Shown here in pieces: positions 61,223 to 64,000 of a stretch of DNA of 64,000 nt. Below the pieces are notes generated by a model that worked only from the letters and a program-made list of their open reading frames with translations, ran no database searches and had not been told where the DNA came from. A program made the translations under genes and the position numbers. The DNA is from Raja brachyura (taxonomy: Eukaryota): assembly GCA_963514005.1 (NCBI GenBank), contig OY740797.1, positions 20,150,001-20,214,000 on the forward strand, in the 5' to 3' direction. How positions within the stretch are numbered: the stretch's first letter is position 1; each line of letters starts with the position of its first letter.

Positions 61223-62824
61223 CTAAATGTTCGCATACGTCACCTCGTCACTTGAATTCTCCCGCACTGTCTGTAAGCAGTTTTTAAAAATACAGTTAAT
61301 TAATTGTTTTACTAGCTTTTGATATTGCTTCTCAAGTCGCTTGTGAGATCGTCAGCCTTCGCTTGCTTTGATTGCTATCTATTTTACTAATCTATCAAAC
61401 AGCCTCACCTGACCATACGTGGTTTGCACATCATCCCGCTTTCGTTTTGGATTGCAATTGGGTTTGCTCAAATGCGTGGCGTATATATAACCGGTCGCAG
61501 CTTCTGCTTCCTGTATCATTCGGAAAGAAGAGCTTTTATTATAAGATATTACTTATAATATCTTATAATAAATATGAAGGACATGACTCGACGCTTTCAT
61601 GTCCTTCAGTCGCATTGTAAATATATTTTCCCAAAATAAAGATGATGTGCATTAACGTATGCATTTATGTACATAAAATCGCCAATATAAAAAAGTGGCC
61701 GTCGATTTGATGTTCAAATGGGTAAATTGGGGGTACTGTGAATGGCTTTACAAGAACTGTAGATTCAAAAGTCAAAATGTCTTTTTCAAATAAAATGAAC
61801 AAAGGAACATAATACATTGAAATGGCCAAGTGTGTTCACTATACATAAATAAACAGTTCGAATATGATTCTCAGATCGCTTCTTTTATAGCATTGCCCCT
61901 GTAAATGCCATGCTGCAATAAACACATAAACATACCTGCTGCTCGTGACGATTTGGTTCACCAAAACGTTCCTCTTTAGCTAGGAAAAAGTGTATAAAAA
62001 AGAGAATTATTTACAGAATTTCAGGCAGTAATTACAAATATACGCATACTCATAATGAAGCCAGAAGTGTTACTACGCTGCAGGAATTAACCTAATTGCC
62101 TCGTGGATTCAGCATCTTTGGTTCAATTGGGAAGTTAGCAGCTTCCACTATGGAATCTTTTGATCGCATATGTTTACACCGTTGCTCCAGATTCTGCCAC
62201 ATTGCAGTGAACACTGGTTAGGTCAAATGAACACTCTCATCTTAACTCAGAGTAGGCGATTGGCAGGAAAACATTACGGACATAATAGGTTACAGGGAAA
62301 TACGTGGGAGAGTGAGACGATGGAAGAAAACACCCTTCGGCCCACCTACATCTTCAAACGTTCTGACAGTCTACCCTTGCCTCTCCTAATGTGTACATGT
62401 TTGCATTTTCTTTATCCTGCTCATGAATTCGGACGATCTTGTGGGCGAAGGGTGCTTGTGTTACTTGTACAGTAATTTGATCTGCCTGTTAGAGGCAATC
62501 GATACTTTGAAAGTTTATAGCAGACCATGAATCTCTGTTACCCGGCCATTGGTGACCTCGCAGTGTCCTTGATTGGTCTTTCTCCATTGTGCACTCTCAA
62601 TGGACTGGCCGTTCGGGTATTACTTCCGATAAAGACTTTGATTGAACTGAGATGTTGCTGAAACATGTCACTATCTTTGACCCCAATTACTAATATTACA
62701 GGTCATTATTATCGCTAGAACTTACCCTTATTTTTCTGTTTTCGGCACCGCAACCAAATAACGATAAGTAGCACTAAAATAAACAATCCACCCACCGCAC
62801 AACCAGGAGCCACGACCGAAGAAC
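61223..62824 (-). CDS. Gene C (tandem paralog of gene B), 3' part: TM and cytoplasmic exons; C1/V exons expected beyond the window end
   Basis: Exons 62824-62726 (TM, protein identical to B), 61979-61936 (AKEERFGEPNRHEQQ), 61510-61409 (EAEAATGYIY...TTYGQ) and 61270-61223 (TVRENSSDEVTYANI*). Window base 64000 aligns to about 39855, roughly 40 nt short of the C1 exon. Confidence 0.8.
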
Positions 62825-63027
62825 CTGTAGGATTGTAGGAATACTTGTTATGGTGGTTGCCAGCTATTCTTCACGGACGAGGGTGTGTGGGGCGGTTGGA
62901 GGTAGGGTGATGCTTAATGCTCGTGGTGAAAGTGAAACAGGATTGGCAACTCTGCAGGAAGCACCGCAAATACAGGACACCGTAAGATAACAAACTGTAT
63001 ACACAGGACGACTTACAATGTAAGTAA

Positions 63028-63228
63028 AGGGCCTATCCCACTTGTGCGTCATTTGCGCGTCACGCAGATGGCGCATGAGGATTTTGTACATCCCAAAAAC
63101 CTGGGGCGCAGCGTGCGACCGCGCGTCACTGCCGACGTATCCACGCACCATGCGCGCGTCGTGCGTCGTGACGCGTAAATGATGTCGTATAAATGACGCG
63201 CAAATGACGCCCAAGTGGGACAGGCCCT
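63028..63228. mobile_element. Harbinger-type MITE (duplicate copy) with intact TAA TSD
   Basis: TAA|AGGGCCTATCCCACTT...AAGTGGGACAGGCCCT|TAA. Confidence 0.85.
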
Positions 63229-64000
63229 TAAGTCTTACAATATATACCCTGAAGTAATTGAAATATCGGACACATTTTTTATGCTGAATTGATCTTCGCA
63301 GCGAGCTGTGGGTTTACGGACCTAAATGCTGTTGTATTGCGTGCCATTGATGGACTGTGCGACTGCAATGGGAGGGGATGGGTGTGAATTCTCCGAATTG
63401 AAGACATTTCCCCTATTCTGTCAATGTACTAAATTATACCGTGACCGTTGGAGACAGTATTGACGCCTCAATTGAATCCTCCCTTCAATTATAAAACAAA
63501 GTGATTGTCGGTTTTAATCTGCAAAATATGTCCTTTCCGTTTAGAGGCGTTACTTTTAGAATTCCGTACTTGAATTTGTCACGGTGACAGTGGAAGTGGA
63601 TGCCGCATCGAGGAATTTGGGGAGGAGGGGTGGTTGGATTTTAGCGAAGGTGAGCACGGTAAAGCCAAGGATTCTGCATCAAGATAAAAACCGAGGAAGC
63701 GTGAGGGAAAACCTAAGCACCTGAAATCAGTTGTGCCGCCAAGTGTGGAATCAACGGTGCATTGGAAATCATTTTTTAAAGCAACGTGAAAGGAATATCA
63801 ACTACCCAGTAGAAATGCAGAATGTTTACATTTGTTTTTCTATTTTGGAGAGCAAATAAGAAGTTTTTATTGATAAGATGTTTGTTGCATCCGGTCTTGC
63901 AAGAGATTGGGTTTCATGTGTTTTTTTAACGAAAAAGAACGGCAACTTTCAATTGAACAAAGGTGATTGTTCCTCGCGGACAGGAACAGATAGAAATAGT

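Larger units (their letters stand above)
54899..64000 (+). repeat. Segmental duplication copy 2 (carries gene C; runs off the window)
   Basis: Paired ORFs such as 32883/57093, 35441/59654, 36591/60805 and 38726/62864 are near-identical, with scattered substitutions and indels. Confidence 0.95.

Overview
Vertebrate genomic DNA. The repeat landscape (CR1 LINEs with (TTTCTATG)n tails, fish-type L1s, Penelope-like GIY-YIG elements, V-SINE-like tRNA SINEs) suggests a cartilaginous fish, probably a skate or ray; this is inference. About 75% is transposon debris, and there are two N gaps. The unique sequence encodes a cluster of related immunoglobulin-superfamily membrane receptor genes, which I rebuilt by hand from splice sites. 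Gene B (minus, 36928-43869) has a single-exon VJ-type V domain, a C1-set domain, a neutral TM segment and three cytoplasmic exons ending in an ITIM (VSYTNL) and an ITIM/ITSM-like AEYAEL, an inhibitory SIRP-like/VJ-C1 architecture. Gene C (minus, from 61223 to beyond the window end) is a recent tandem duplicate of B in which a 2-nt insertion ends the tail at VTYANI*. Gene A (plus, about 588-5362) has a homologous but frameshifted C1 exon, an Arg-containing TM and no ITIM, so it looks like an activating-type paralog that is probably a pseudogene. Together they look like a paired activating/inhibitory receptor family undergoing birth-and-death evolution. Also present: a full-length degenerate L1 with TSD, a nested L1 found in only one duplicate, Harbinger-like MITEs, an Academ-like TIR element, DIRS/Gypsy/Rex1/L2 remnants, and many Penelope-derived minimal hammerhead-like motifs.
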